IMG/VR virus record: IMGVR_UViG_3300032266_000637
DNA from: an uncultured virus (IMG/VR IMGVR_UViG_3300032266_000637)
Lineage: Duplodnaviria > Heunggongvirae > Uroviricota > Caudoviricetes
DNA: 64,000 bases
Strand: one strand, 5' to 3'
Notes under the pieces: generated by a model
Seen by the model: only the letters and a program-made list of their open reading frames with translations
Databases searched by the model: none
What the model was told of the DNA's origin: nothing
Part shown: in pieces, positions 1 to 9,258 of the stretch
Layout: each line of letters starts with the position of its first letter
How positions within the stretch are numbered: position 1 is the first letter of the stretch
Program-made: the position numbers and the translations under genes

Positions 1-348
1 TGTTTCCAAGTTATTACCCCAAGCGTAACGGCTGGAACTTTGCAAATTGATGGTTCTGCTATTTTCGCGGCAAGTCCTGCGTCTAACGCTGTAACTTCAA
101 GTGTTGGTAGCTTTATCACACTGGCTAACAGTTTTGTCTTAAATTCAGCAGGAACCAATGTAGAACGAGTAAGTCTTGCAGGTTTTTACAGCATTTTAAA
201 CCTTGTTTACGATAAAACTAACTCTACCTTTACAGGAACAAACTTAAACGCCATTGACTATTTCAGCGTTATAAATACTGAAAGTTTAGTCTCAAGTGGT
301 ACTATAACAGCAACAAACTACGTCGGTATATCCGGAGGAACATTCTAA
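1..348 (+). CDS. tail fibre/tail protein, C-terminal part (5' truncated by window edge)
   Basis: Frame open from base 1; S/T/N-rich; ends GISGGTF, similar to the end of the 10959-12221 product (LIPGGTF). Confidence 0.6.
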   Translation, partial: CFQVITPSVTAGTLQIDGSAIFAASPASNAVTSSVGSFITLANSFVLNSAGTNVERVSLAGFYSILNLVYDKTNSTFTGTNLNAIDYFSVINTESLVSSGTITATNYVGISGGTF

Positions 349-852
349 ATGGCAGCCACAGGTTTCACACCAATCTCGTTATATTACACCACTACTGCCG
401 CGGCAGTACCGGTCAATACTAATTTAGTCAACGGTGAGTTGGCAATCAACATTACCGACGGTAAGCTCTACTACAAAGACAACGCAGGCGTTGTTAAGTT
501 GTTGGCCTCTAACGCCACAGTTGCTCCAGTAACTACATTCTCCGCTGGCTCAACAGGCTTTACACCTAGTACAGCCACTAGCGGTGCTATTACTCTTGCA
601 GGCACATTAGCAATTGCTAACGGCGGTACAGGGCAAACAACTGCAAGTGCTGCATTTAATGCTTTATCACCGATTACGACTACAGGTGATTTAATTCTAG
701 GCAATGGGACAAACAGTGCTACTAGACTAGCAATTGGTGCAAGTACGTACATATTAACTTCTAATGGTACAACGGCAACATGGGCTGCTCCAGCAGCATC
801 AGGTGTCTCAACAGGTAAGGCAATTGCCTTGTCAATGATCTTCGGTTTTTAA
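349..852 (+). CDS. tail fibre-associated protein
   Basis: GELAINITDGKLYYKD motif; TTFSAGSTGFTPS...GTLAIANGGTG module also seen in the 62154+ fibre. Confidence 0.65.
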   Translation: MAATGFTPISLYYTTTAAAVPVNTNLVNGELAINITDGKLYYKDNAGVVKLLASNATVAPVTTFSAGSTGFTPSTATSGAITLAGTLAIANGGTGQTTASAAFNALSPITTTGDLILGNGTNSATRLAIGASTYILTSNGTTATWAAPAASGVSTGKAIALSMIFGF

Positions 853-863
853 GGAACAATAAA

Positions 864-1265
864 ATGGCAAATCCAAACATTGTAAACGTAACATCGATAT
901 ACGGCAACACTGCGTATATTACACCATCAGGAACCTCTGCAGTGGCTACCTGGACATACAACGGAACAACATCATTGCCGGGCCTAACGCCTGCCGCTGG
1001 TACTGTTAACCGTATAACAGGTATTGTTGTCGCAAATACTACAGCTAGTGCAGTTAATGCTACTGTGGCAATTGCTAACAACTCTACATTTGCAAGCGGT
1101 ACGGCGTACCCAATTGCTAGTGCAATCTCTGTGCCGGCTAATGCTACGTTAATCGTAACAGACAAAACAACTGATTTTTATATTACAGAAAACCAGTCTG
1201 TTGGTGTAACATCATCAACGGCCAGTGCACTGACATTTACAGCAACATTTGAAGCTATAACCTAA
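864..1265 (+). CDS. virion structural protein (tail accessory)
   Basis: AAGGAA RBS; MANPNIVNV start, small beta-rich protein in tail cluster. Confidence 0.55.
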   Translation: MANPNIVNVTSIYGNTAYITPSGTSAVATWTYNGTTSLPGLTPAAGTVNRITGIVVANTTASAVNATVAIANNSTFASGTAYPIASAISVPANATLIVTDKTTDFYITENQSVGVTSSTASALTFTATFEAIT

Positions 1266-1276
1266 GGACTGCTCGC

Positions 1277-2425
1277 ATGAGTCTTCGTCTTCCTAACGGT
1301 GCTTTTATAAAGCCTGGATATAATCCAGTATTGGTCCCTGGTGCACCAACAATTACTGCTGTCACACCAGGTGTTGGGCAGGTTATTGTTGCGTTTACTG
1401 CGCCTTCTGATACTGGTGGTTCTGCAATTACATCCTATCAGGCTGTTTCTTCTCCTGGTGGTTTTACTGCGTCTGGCGCCTCTTCACCATTAACAGTCAC
1501 TGGGCTAACAGCAGGTACAAGCTACACGTTTACAGTAGCCGCAACAAACTCGTATGGGCAAGGTACTTTTAGTGCAGCAAGTGCAAGCGCATCACCAATT
1601 TCTTTTGGATCACAGTCTTACACATCACCAGGAACATATTCTTGGACAGCTCCTGCAGGGGTAACTAAAGTGTCTGTTGTTACCGTTGGTGGCGGTGGAC
1701 CTGGCGTAGCTGGTAGCTCTTGTTGTTGTGGTCCTTTTGGTGGAACTGCAGGTGGTGGCGGCGCTTTAGCATATAAAAATAATATTACTGTTGTTCCAGG
1801 AAACTCTTACACAGTAGTTGTTGGAACTGGTGGAACAGGTACTGCTCAAGGTGGCACATCTCAATTTGCTACTTGTGGTTGTGCAACTAGGTATACCGCG
1901 GCTATGGGCGGGTGGGCAAATTGCCATAATGGTGCTGGTGGAACGGTTATAGCTGGCACTGGAGGCACTGGTGGTAAAGGCGGACAGTATACATTCTTTG
2001 GCGGCGGTGGCGGTGGCGGTGGCGCAGGAGGATATGCTGGCACTGGAGGTGCAGGCGCTCATGGTAATGGCTGCGCTGCTACTACTGGTTCGGGCGGTGG
2101 CGGTGGCGGTGGCGGTCAAAGCCCAAGTGGGGCTACTCGAAGTGGTGGCGGTGGCGGTGGCGTAGGAATACTTGGTCAAGGATCAAATGGTACAGCACCA
2201 ACATACCCAAGTTTATGTGGCGGTGGCGGCGGTTCTTGTGGTTCTAATGGAACTGCTGGGAGTACAACCACAAAAGTTGGTGGTGCTGGTGGCGCTTATG
2301 GGGCTGGAGGCGGCGGTGGGGGATACCCTGGTGGGTCAAGTAGTACTGGCGCAGGTGGTGCCGTCCGTATTGTCTGGCCTGGTTGTGTCCGTTCATTCCC
2401 TTCAACTTGTGTGGGATCACCATAA
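1277..2425 (+). CDS. fibronectin type III + glycine-rich tail accessory protein
   Basis: FN3 signature (PGAPTITAV...TVTGLTAGTSYTFTVAATN), then Gly-rich domain ending GAVRIVWPG. Confidence 0.75.
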   Translation: MSLRLPNGAFIKPGYNPVLVPGAPTITAVTPGVGQVIVAFTAPSDTGGSAITSYQAVSSPGGFTASGASSPLTVTGLTAGTSYTFTVAATNSYGQGTFSAASASASPISFGSQSYTSPGTYSWTAPAGVTKVSVVTVGGGGPGVAGSSCCCGPFGGTAGGGGALAYKNNITVVPGNSYTVVVGTGGTGTAQGGTSQFATCGCATRYTAAMGGWANCHNGAGGTVIAGTGGTGGKGGQYTFFGGGGGGGGAGGYAGTGGAGAHGNGCAATTGSGGGGGGGGQSPSGATRSGGGGGGVGILGQGSNGTAPTYPSLCGGGGGSCGSNGTAGSTTTKVGGAGGAYGAGGGGGGYPGGSSSTGAGGAVRIVWPGCVRSFPSTCVGSP

Positions 2426-3574
2426 ATGACAAAGTACTCTGGAGCATTTACATTACAGGCGCAGATGCAAAACGCTGCTGCGTCTACTTGGGCAAGAGCA
2501 CCTGGTGCGCCTACTATTGGTACAGCATCGGTTGCTAGTGGTACATCCGCATCAATAACATTTACACCGCCAACTGACTTAGGCATTGGCACAATAACAT
2601 ATACCGCAACATCAAGCCCAACAGGTATTACTGGCACAGGGTCATCATCCCCTATTACGGTTAGTGGTCTTACAACAGGATCTTCATATACATTTACCGT
2701 AACTGCGTCAACTCCAAGTGGTTCTGGTCCTGCAAGTGCTGCAAGTAATTCAATTACAATGATTATTCAAGGTCAACAACAATATACATCACCAGGCTCT
2801 TATACTTGGGTAGCCCCCACTGGAGTTACTAGTGTTTCTGTTATTGCTGTTGGACATGGTGGATACGGTGGTTCTCGATTTTATTGCTGTGCTTATTTTA
2901 GTGGATCTGGCGGTAGCGGCGGTGCATTAGCTTACACAAATAACTTTTCGGTTACTCCTGGTAATTCATACGCTGTTTTTATTGGTACACAATCTGGTGC
3001 ATGTGCACCCTCTTCCTTTAGTTCATTTAATTCAACTACGGTAAAAGCAAACGGGGGCAACGCAAGTGTCCAAGGATTTGCAAACGCTGGTGGAACTGTA
3101 GCCAACGGCACAGGATTTGCTGGGGGCGAAACTCCAAGTATTAGCAATAACAGTCAAGGCGGTGGTGGCGGTGGCGGTGGCGGAGGATATACGGCTGTTG
3201 GTGGAGCAGGTGGTAAATCTTTTATTAGTTGTGGTCTTGGCGGTTCTAGTACAGGCGGTGGCGGTGGTGGTGGCGCTGGAGGTAAAAATGGACCATGGCC
3301 TGGCTCTGGCGGCGGGGGTGTTGGAATTTTAGGAGCTGGCGCAAACGGAACTGGCAGCTCTTGTAATGCTGGAGGCGGCGGCGGCTCTGGTGGAGCAAAT
3401 GGTGGAAACGCTACTAGACTTTACTCTGCTGGTTATGGCGGGGCTTACGGTGGTGGCGGTGGTGGCTCTTGGTATTGCGCAAATGTTCAACAACCTGGTG
3501 GCTCTGGTGCTGTCCGCATCATCTGGCCAGGTACAACCCGATCATTCCCATCAACAAATACAGGAAATTTATAA
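2426..3574 (+). CDS. fibronectin type III + glycine-rich tail accessory protein (paralog of 1277-2425)
   Basis: Same architecture and length (382 aa); YTSPGSYTWVAP and GAVRIIWPG..RSFPST shared. Confidence 0.75.
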   Translation: MTKYSGAFTLQAQMQNAAASTWARAPGAPTIGTASVASGTSASITFTPPTDLGIGTITYTATSSPTGITGTGSSSPITVSGLTTGSSYTFTVTASTPSGSGPASAASNSITMIIQGQQQYTSPGSYTWVAPTGVTSVSVIAVGHGGYGGSRFYCCAYFSGSGGSGGALAYTNNFSVTPGNSYAVFIGTQSGACAPSSFSSFNSTTVKANGGNASVQGFANAGGTVANGTGFAGGETPSISNNSQGGGGGGGGGGYTAVGGAGGKSFISCGLGGSSTGGGGGGGAGGKNGPWPGSGGGGVGILGAGANGTGSSCNAGGGGGSGGANGGNATRLYSAGYGGAYGGGGGGSWYCANVQQPGGSGAVRIIWPGTTRSFPSTNTGNL

Positions 3575-4291
3575 ATGGATGAATTATATATCAAGGTAAT
3601 AGACGGTCAAGCAATTGACAATCCGGTCTACCAAAGCAACCTTATTCAGGTTTATGGCTATGTGCCACCTGAGTATCAGCCATTTACACGAGTGCAACAG
3701 AACGTTACACCGTTAATTTATCAAAATGTAACAGATACCTATCAAGATGTTGATGGTCAGTGGCAAGATGTTTGGGTTATCTCCGAGCAGACAACCGAAG
3801 AAAAAGCAGCCACGACAGCACAGATTAACGCTAATGGTGAAGCACAGCAACAAACATTAATTAACAACGCAAACAATCAAATTGCCACCTTGACCGAACA
3901 GGGTGACACTCAGGGCGTTGAGACATGGCAGACATATTTAGCCAATATTACAGCATGGACAATGCCACCAATTAACCCTAACTGGACACAGTCAACAATT
4001 GCTTACGGCTTTCCAAAACAGCCAAGAAAAGTAACTATTTTTAATATTGGCGAGGGCACAGGCACGTTTGCCAACATTGAGACTGTTTACCAATCAACAG
4101 ACGAGACATTAGCAAACGCAACTTGTCAAGCTACGACGCAAAACTACAATGGCTGGACAGCTGGCACTGAGTTACCGGTAACTGGCATTAGTGGCGAGTT
4201 TGTTGCTGACCAAGTTATTTTCGGTTATACTAGCTTTGCCCAGTATAATTTCCTTTCAACAGGCAGTTCTTCTTGGGTAATACCTTCATAA
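3575..4291 (+). CDS. hypothetical tail-associated protein
   Basis: Abuts previous stop; 238 aa ORF in tail cluster. Confidence 0.5.
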   Translation: MDELYIKVIDGQAIDNPVYQSNLIQVYGYVPPEYQPFTRVQQNVTPLIYQNVTDTYQDVDGQWQDVWVISEQTTEEKAATTAQINANGEAQQQTLINNANNQIATLTEQGDTQGVETWQTYLANITAWTMPPINPNWTQSTIAYGFPKQPRKVTIFNIGEGTGTFANIETVYQSTDETLANATCQATTQNYNGWTAGTELPVTGISGEFVADQVIFGYTSFAQYNFLSTGSSSWVIPS

Positions 4292-4309
4292 AAACCCAAG
4301 GAATATTAC

Positions 4310-4990
4310 ATGTCTATTGAAATAATTGACGAAAACGGCGTAACACAACAACCATTAGAGCAATGGAACTATTTTCCATCAACGCTCTATGTAGTCCAAA
4401 AGCCTGAGTTTTTAGAGGCGGTTAAACAAGTCTCCGGCGAGCTTCTTGCAAAAAGAAAAGAAGAGATGGGTAAGGTAAATGAGATCTACCCAGTTGTAAT
4501 GACAGATAGCTTTTACGACGACCCCAAGGCCAAAGATTTTTCAGAGTATGTTGGTCAGACTGCTTGGAATATCTTGCAGGGTCAGGGTTACAGTATGGAG
4601 CAGTTTAACACCCAGTTTACTGAGATGTGGGTACAAGAGCACTACAAGCACTCCCTCATGGAGCAGCATGTTCATGGCTACGGATCACAGCTAGTTGGCT
4701 TTTACTTTTTAGACTGCCCAGAAAACTGTTCACGGTTAGTTATCCATGACCCAAGACCTGGCAAGGTACAAGGCAATTTGCCAGAGACTGATCAAACTAT
4801 TGCAACGTACGGCAGCAATATGATTAACTTTGAGCCAAAGCCAGGTATGTTAGTGTTTGCTAACTCATGGCTACCACACTCGTTTGGTCGTCATGCCAGC
4901 GACAAGCCAATTAAGTTTGTGCACTTTAATATTACAGTAAACTATGCACCGACCTTGGCAGTATGTCAGGCACCTGCAGAGATTATTTGA
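4310..4990 (+). CDS. putative 2OG-Fe(II) oxygenase
   Basis: HVH...GFYFL...HDPRP...PKPGMLVFANSWLPH pattern of phage 2OG-Fe(II) oxygenases. Confidence 0.7.
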   Translation: MSIEIIDENGVTQQPLEQWNYFPSTLYVVQKPEFLEAVKQVSGELLAKRKEEMGKVNEIYPVVMTDSFYDDPKAKDFSEYVGQTAWNILQGQGYSMEQFNTQFTEMWVQEHYKHSLMEQHVHGYGSQLVGFYFLDCPENCSRLVIHDPRPGKVQGNLPETDQTIATYGSNMINFEPKPGMLVFANSWLPHSFGRHASDKPIKFVHFNITVNYAPTLAVCQAPAEII

Positions 4991-5223
4991 TGAACAAGTA
5001 CTGCATCCGTTTTAACAAATCCCGTGGTGCCCCAAATAGGGGTACTCCGGAACACGCATGGCGTGTGTTTGAAAACGGCAAAGAGTATTTGTTTAAGCAC
5101 TTTAAATTAAACGTTCCTTCTACCAGCGAAAAAGAAGCGAACAGTGAAGACTGGAACGTTGTCTGTCAGGGCGTTATGACGATAGACAAAGAGACATCCA
5201 CCGCAATCATTAACAGAGAATAG
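4990..5223 (+). CDS. hypothetical protein
   Basis: TGATG overlap with upstream gene gives MNKYCIRFNKSRG start. Confidence 0.55.
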   Translation: MNKYCIRFNKSRGAPNRGTPEHAWRVFENGKEYLFKHFKLNVPSTSEKEANSEDWNVVCQGVMTIDKETSTAIINRE

Positions 5224-5226
5224 ACA

Positions 5227-6651
5227 ATGAGTGAACGTTACCCTGGCGGAATAATTTCCAAGACCCCCGTTACCCCAACTGGTGCATACGAAACAAGTAG
5301 CGCATCAGGTGTATGGACATTGGACCAACAAGCCTACTGGGCAAAATTAAACAATTGGCCAACCGCAGGCAATGTACAAACTGTTTACTTCCTAGGTTAC
5401 TATAATAGGCAAAATAGCACAGGATTATCAGTATGTCCTTCTAGCACTGGAGGTGTAAACGTTGGGTTTGATGATACCATTTTAGGCTATCCAGCAGTAT
5501 TGACATTAAATAAAAATGCTGTTGCACAAACTGAATATACTTTAAGTTATGGAAGTAATACGGGTGGACAAACTAATGGAATCTCAACTGATTCTAGCAA
5601 CAACATTTATTTTTCTGGATCTTTTGGTAGCGTGTATTATGGGTTTATAGCAAAATATAACTCTAGTGGTACTTTACAATGGCAAGCATCCAATCAAAGC
5701 CTTCCAGGGTTTGTGTATTCAAATCCAGTTATAGATAGTTCTGGAAATGTTTTTGTAACTGGTGGGGTGTATGCATCTGATTTTTCGTCAATATCAGGAA
5801 GTATTAATAAGTTCAATTCTTCTGGAACTGAACAATGGTCAAAAAAGTACACATATTCTAGTGGTGGTGGCTCTAATTATTTTACAAATACCGGCGTTGC
5901 GTTAGATAGTTCTGGAAATGTTTATGCTGCAGGTTCAGGACAAGGTATTTTTGGATACATTGTTAAATTTAACACTAGTGGAACTGTGCAGTGGAATAAA
6001 CAATTTAGAACAGCCTCCACTGGCGGCACCACAATTACAGAAATTTCAATAGATAGTTCAGGTACTATTTATTATTCAGGTTATAGTTACCCTAGTTCAG
6101 GCATATTTTATACAATATATGGAACCTGGGACTCATCTGGAAACACATTAACATCAAATAGACTTAGTACCACATACGTAGGTGATGCACGTAGTTGTAT
6201 AGACTCTTCTAATAATCAATATATTTTTTATTATGCGGGTTCTAGTACACGAAAAACATTGTATTTAGTAAAAATAAATTCATCAGGGGCTGTTTCCTGG
6301 TCAAGAACATTTAGCATAACAAGCACCACAAATGGTAGCGGACTTCTATCTAGTAAAATTTCTGTTGATGGTACAGGGTCTTTATATCTTAGCGGAACTA
6401 TTTATGCTGGTAGCAGCGGATACGAAGTCTTTTACGCTAAAGTACCATCTGACGGAACTGGAACTGGAACATATACTTTTGGGTCTGCGACTGTAGTATA
6501 CGCAGCCACTTCCGTTTCATCATCATCTGAATCATACACAAATACTTCTGTTGCGTTAACTGACAACGGAGCATATAGTATGTCAAATAACGGGTATTCA
6601 CTAACTTCCCAAACATTGACAACTAACTATCCCACAACATTTACTGTTTAA
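5227..6651 (+). CDS. beta-propeller repeat virion protein
   Basis: Repeated DSSGNV(Y/F)xxG...K(Y/F)NSSGTxQW blades; N-terminal GVWTLDQQ motif. Confidence 0.7.
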   Translation: MSERYPGGIISKTPVTPTGAYETSSASGVWTLDQQAYWAKLNNWPTAGNVQTVYFLGYYNRQNSTGLSVCPSSTGGVNVGFDDTILGYPAVLTLNKNAVAQTEYTLSYGSNTGGQTNGISTDSSNNIYFSGSFGSVYYGFIAKYNSSGTLQWQASNQSLPGFVYSNPVIDSSGNVFVTGGVYASDFSSISGSINKFNSSGTEQWSKKYTYSSGGGSNYFTNTGVALDSSGNVYAAGSGQGIFGYIVKFNTSGTVQWNKQFRTASTGGTTITEISIDSSGTIYYSGYSYPSSGIFYTIYGTWDSSGNTLTSNRLSTTYVGDARSCIDSSNNQYIFYYAGSSTRKTLYLVKINSSGAVSWSRTFSITSTTNGSGLLSSKISVDGTGSLYLSGTIYAGSSGYEVFYAKVPSDGTGTGTYTFGSATVVYAATSVSSSSESYTNTSVALTDNGAYSMSNNGYSLTSQTLTTNYPTTFTV

Positions 6652-6657
6652 AACACT

Positions 6658-6849
6658 ATGACCGAACAAGAAAAAATTGAATTGCAAACTGCTTGGAGTA
6701 ATTGGGCTAAACGACCTAATCCCTGCAATTTTGCATCTTGGGTATTAGATGAGTCTACCGGTGAGTTTGTGCCCCCAATTCCAAAACCAACTGACAGCAA
6801 AAACTATCGGTTTAACGGAACAACAAATTCTTGGGAAACATTTGAATGA
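6658..6849 (+). CDS. small tail accessory protein
   Basis: SWVLDE...PPIPKPTD...Y.F.....W motif. Confidence 0.5.
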   Translation: MTEQEKIELQTAWSNWAKRPNPCNFASWVLDESTGEFVPPIPKPTDSKNYRFNGTTNSWETFE

Positions 6850-7016
6850 GTGAGTTTATTGATAAAAACGAGGCGGCGTTATCCGCCCATGAGCAAATCT
6901 GTGAGGTACGATACGAGTCCATCTGCGCTAGACTAAAGCGTTTAGAGCAGATCCTCGTCGGCTCTGCTGGATTTATTATCGTGACCCTACTTGCCATTGT
7001 ACTTAAAATACACTGA
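6846..7016 (+). CDS. small membrane-anchored protein, 56 aa (not in ORF track)
   Basis: ATGA overlap; MSEFIDKNEAALSAHEQICEVRYESICARLKRLEQILVGSAGFIIVTLLAIVLKIH, coiled coil plus C-terminal TM. Confidence 0.65.
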   Translation: MSEFIDKNEAALSAHEQICEVRYESICARLKRLEQILVGSAGFIIVTLLAIVLKIH

Positions 7017-7022
7017 TGATCA

Positions 7023-7478
7023 ATGCCAATAGACCCGTTCGGAATTGCAGAGGGAGCAAAGACTCTCAGCGGTAGCCTAGACTCCGCCCGTGAAGGATCT
7101 CATCAACTAAGCAAAAGCATCGAGGGCATACAGCAAGACGCCACCGATGTAGCAAACAAAAAAGCCCAAGAACGCAAACGGGCTGCCCGTGAGGCAGAGT
7201 TCAAAAAAGAACACGCGCTCATAAAGGCACTAGAGCAGTGGAACCACAAAAAACAAATCTCCGACCAAGAGGCAAAGTTAAAGATTGACTTTGTCAAAAA
7301 GTATGGGGCCAAGGAGTGGGACGCACTGCTCAGAATAAAACTAGACATAGAAAATATGGAAAGAAAAAACAATGAAGAATATCAACACGATCTTAAAGCA
7401 GTTCGTAGAGTTCAGTTCTACTGCTTTGCGTTGGCTGCGGTCATTGCCTGGTATTGTACTTGGGGCTATAAGGGGTAA
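7023..7478 (+). CDS. coiled-coil protein with C-terminal TM (lysis cluster)
   Basis: Charged helical body, hydrophobic C-terminus. Confidence 0.5.
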   Translation: MPIDPFGIAEGAKTLSGSLDSAREGSHQLSKSIEGIQQDATDVANKKAQERKRAAREAEFKKEHALIKALEQWNHKKQISDQEAKLKIDFVKKYGAKEWDALLRIKLDIENMERKNNEEYQHDLKAVRRVQFYCFALAAVIAWYCTWGYKG

Positions 7479-7483
7479 GTAAT

Positions 7484-7978
7484 ATGGAATGGCTTAAACA
7501 AATTGCACCTACAATTGCCACCTGCCTTGGCGGTCCCTTGGCAGGACTTGCTGTCACTGCCGTTTCCAAAGCATTGGGAATTGACGAGGATAAAGTCCAG
7601 AACACCATTAACGAAAGCAAACTAAACGCCGATCAAATTGCCTGCCTTAAGCAGGCCGAAATTGAGTTGCAAAAAAGTGCCCAAGAGCTGGGTCTAAACT
7701 TTGAGCAGTTAGCCGTAGAAGACCGCGCCTCCGCGCGTGATCTACAAAAGGAGACAAGATCTGTTGTTCCCCCAGTGCTATCCGTTTTAGTAACCATCGG
7801 ATTCTTTGGGATTTTAGTGGGCCTAATGTCTGGACAAATCCACACATCTGACGCCCTTATGCTTATGCTAGGTTCCTTAGGAACCGCATGGACGGGAATT
7901 ATAGCGTTTTACTTTGGATCTTCGGCAAGCAGCCAAGCCAAGGACGCAATGATACACAACTCGACACCTATCAAGTAA
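7484..7978 (+). CDS. putative holin
   Basis: IAPTIATCLGGPLAG N-terminus, two C-terminal TM segments, FYFGSS motif; precedes lysozyme. Confidence 0.65.
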   Translation: MEWLKQIAPTIATCLGGPLAGLAVTAVSKALGIDEDKVQNTINESKLNADQIACLKQAEIELQKSAQELGLNFEQLAVEDRASARDLQKETRSVVPPVLSVLVTIGFFGILVGLMSGQIHTSDALMLMLGSLGTAWTGIIAFYFGSSASSQAKDAMIHNSTPIK

Positions 7979-8020
7979 TTCCCCAATTTACGCTAATATA
8001 GCGTAAACAAAGGAGTAAAA

Positions 8021-8542
8021 ATGAATAAAAAAATAGTAGCAATACTATTGTGGGTGGCGGGTATATTTGCCGCAATCCACTTTACAGAACGATATACTCA
8101 CATTGAAGAAAACGTTATGGCAATAGCAAAATCTACTCTATCCTTTATTACCAAAGAAGAAGGCTCCCGCAACAAGGCATACAAGGACTCTAAGGGTCTT
8201 TGGACAATTGGCGTGGGTCATCTCATCAAGGCAGACGAGCAGCACCTTATCACTGCCACCCTAACAGACGAGCAAGTAGAAGACCTACTTAAAAGCGATT
8301 TAAAGTGGTGTAGCGACGCCGTTGAGAGCTCGGTGAAGGTACCCCTTACCCAGAGTCAATTTGACGCCCTATACAGCCTCTGCTTTAATATTGGTGAAGG
8401 TGCTTTCCGTAAGTCCACTGTAGTTCGTAAGATTAACGAGAATGATTTACAAGGGGCTGCAGACGCCATCTTAATGTGGAATAAGCCAGAGGTTCTTGTA
8501 AACCGCCGTAAGCGTGAAAGAGCTTTGTTTTTAGGGGCGTAA
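8021..8542 (+). CDS. GH24 lysozyme/endolysin with N-terminal hydrophobic (SAR-like) segment
   Basis: EEG...YKDSKGLWTIGVGH catalytic E/D/T, QFDAL.S..FNIG, RRKRERALF; AAGGAG RBS. Confidence 0.9.
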   Translation: MNKKIVAILLWVAGIFAAIHFTERYTHIEENVMAIAKSTLSFITKEEGSRNKAYKDSKGLWTIGVGHLIKADEQHLITATLTDEQVEDLLKSDLKWCSDAVESSVKVPLTQSQFDALYSLCFNIGEGAFRKSTVVRKINENDLQGAADAILMWNKPEVLVNRRKRERALFLGA

Positions 8543-8567
8543 TCAACCCTATTTTTGCATAAGTAGT
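8535..8567 (+). promoter_or_regulatory. phage late promoter GGGCG-N17-GCATAAGTAGT
   Basis: One of 7 copies with exact 17-nt spacing; sense to downstream genes. Confidence 0.8.
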
Positions 8568-8614
8568 ATTAGGGAACTGATCATCCCACTAACCCATTAA
8601 CTCGAGGATATACC

Positions 8615-9091
8615 ATGGAAGACTTCAAATCAACAGCCAAAATGCAATGCTTCAAAGAGGGTGGATCTGTTAAATACAAATCCCGTCATTCTGAAAAATC
8701 AGAAATGAGTGAAGACATGGCTCAAGATAAGAAAGTTGTCAAAAAAGCATTTGCAATGCACGATAAACAAGAGCATGAAGGTGAAAAGACTGATCTTTCC
8801 AAATTGCGTAAAGGTGGTCGTGCTAAAAAGGCTGTTGGCACAGTTAAGAAATATAAGTGCGGTGGTGGTGTGTATGGTGCCAAGATGTCTAAAGCAGATG
8901 TTAAAAATGTTGACGCAGCTAAAGATTGCAAGCCTAAAATGTTGTCAGATGGCGGCAGTGCTTTGAAAGATGTTGATGCTGAAGAAAACCCAGGTTTAGC
9001 TAAACTACCAACCAATGTTCGTAACAACATGGGATTTAAGCGTAACGGTGGCAAAGTTAAAAAGATGATGACTGGTGGAACCTGCTCATAA
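8615..9091 (+). CDS. Lys-rich protein with six xxxGG motifs
   Basis: GAGGA RBS; FKEGGSV, LRKGGRA, YKCGGGV, LSDGGSA, KRNGGKV, MMTGGTC. Confidence 0.6.
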   Translation: MEDFKSTAKMQCFKEGGSVKYKSRHSEKSEMSEDMAQDKKVVKKAFAMHDKQEHEGEKTDLSKLRKGGRAKKAVGTVKKYKCGGGVYGAKMSKADVKNVDAAKDCKPKMLSDGGSALKDVDAEENPGLAKLPTNVRNNMGFKRNGGKVKKMMTGGTCS

Positions 9092-9258
9092 TGCCAATTA
9101 AATCTAAAGCACAACTAGGCGCAATGTATGCTGCCGCGGAAGGCAAAAGCACAATAGGTATTCCTAAAAAGGTGGGCAAGGAGTTTGTCAAAGCTGGCAA
9201 AGCCAAGCCTAACCTTCCACAAAAAGTACAAAAGCGAGCAGCTGGAAGAGGGCGCTAA
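9091..9258 (+). CDS. small basic protein, 55 aa (not in ORF track)
   Basis: TAATG coupling; [36 protein letters not shown]... Confidence 0.65.
   Translation: MPIKSKAQLGAMYAAAEGKSTIGIPKKVGKEFVKAGKAKPNLPQKVQKRAAGRGR

Noticed and set aside
535..632. Similarity to about 63234-63331 as a terminal repeat or DGR template/variable pair
   Set aside because: Amino-acid-level fibre module with mostly synonymous divergence; no reverse transcriptase in the window
1766..3599. Antisense and alternative-frame ORFs over the Gly-rich genes (poly-Pro, Ala/Val runs)
   Set aside because: Shadow frames of GGT/GGC codon runs
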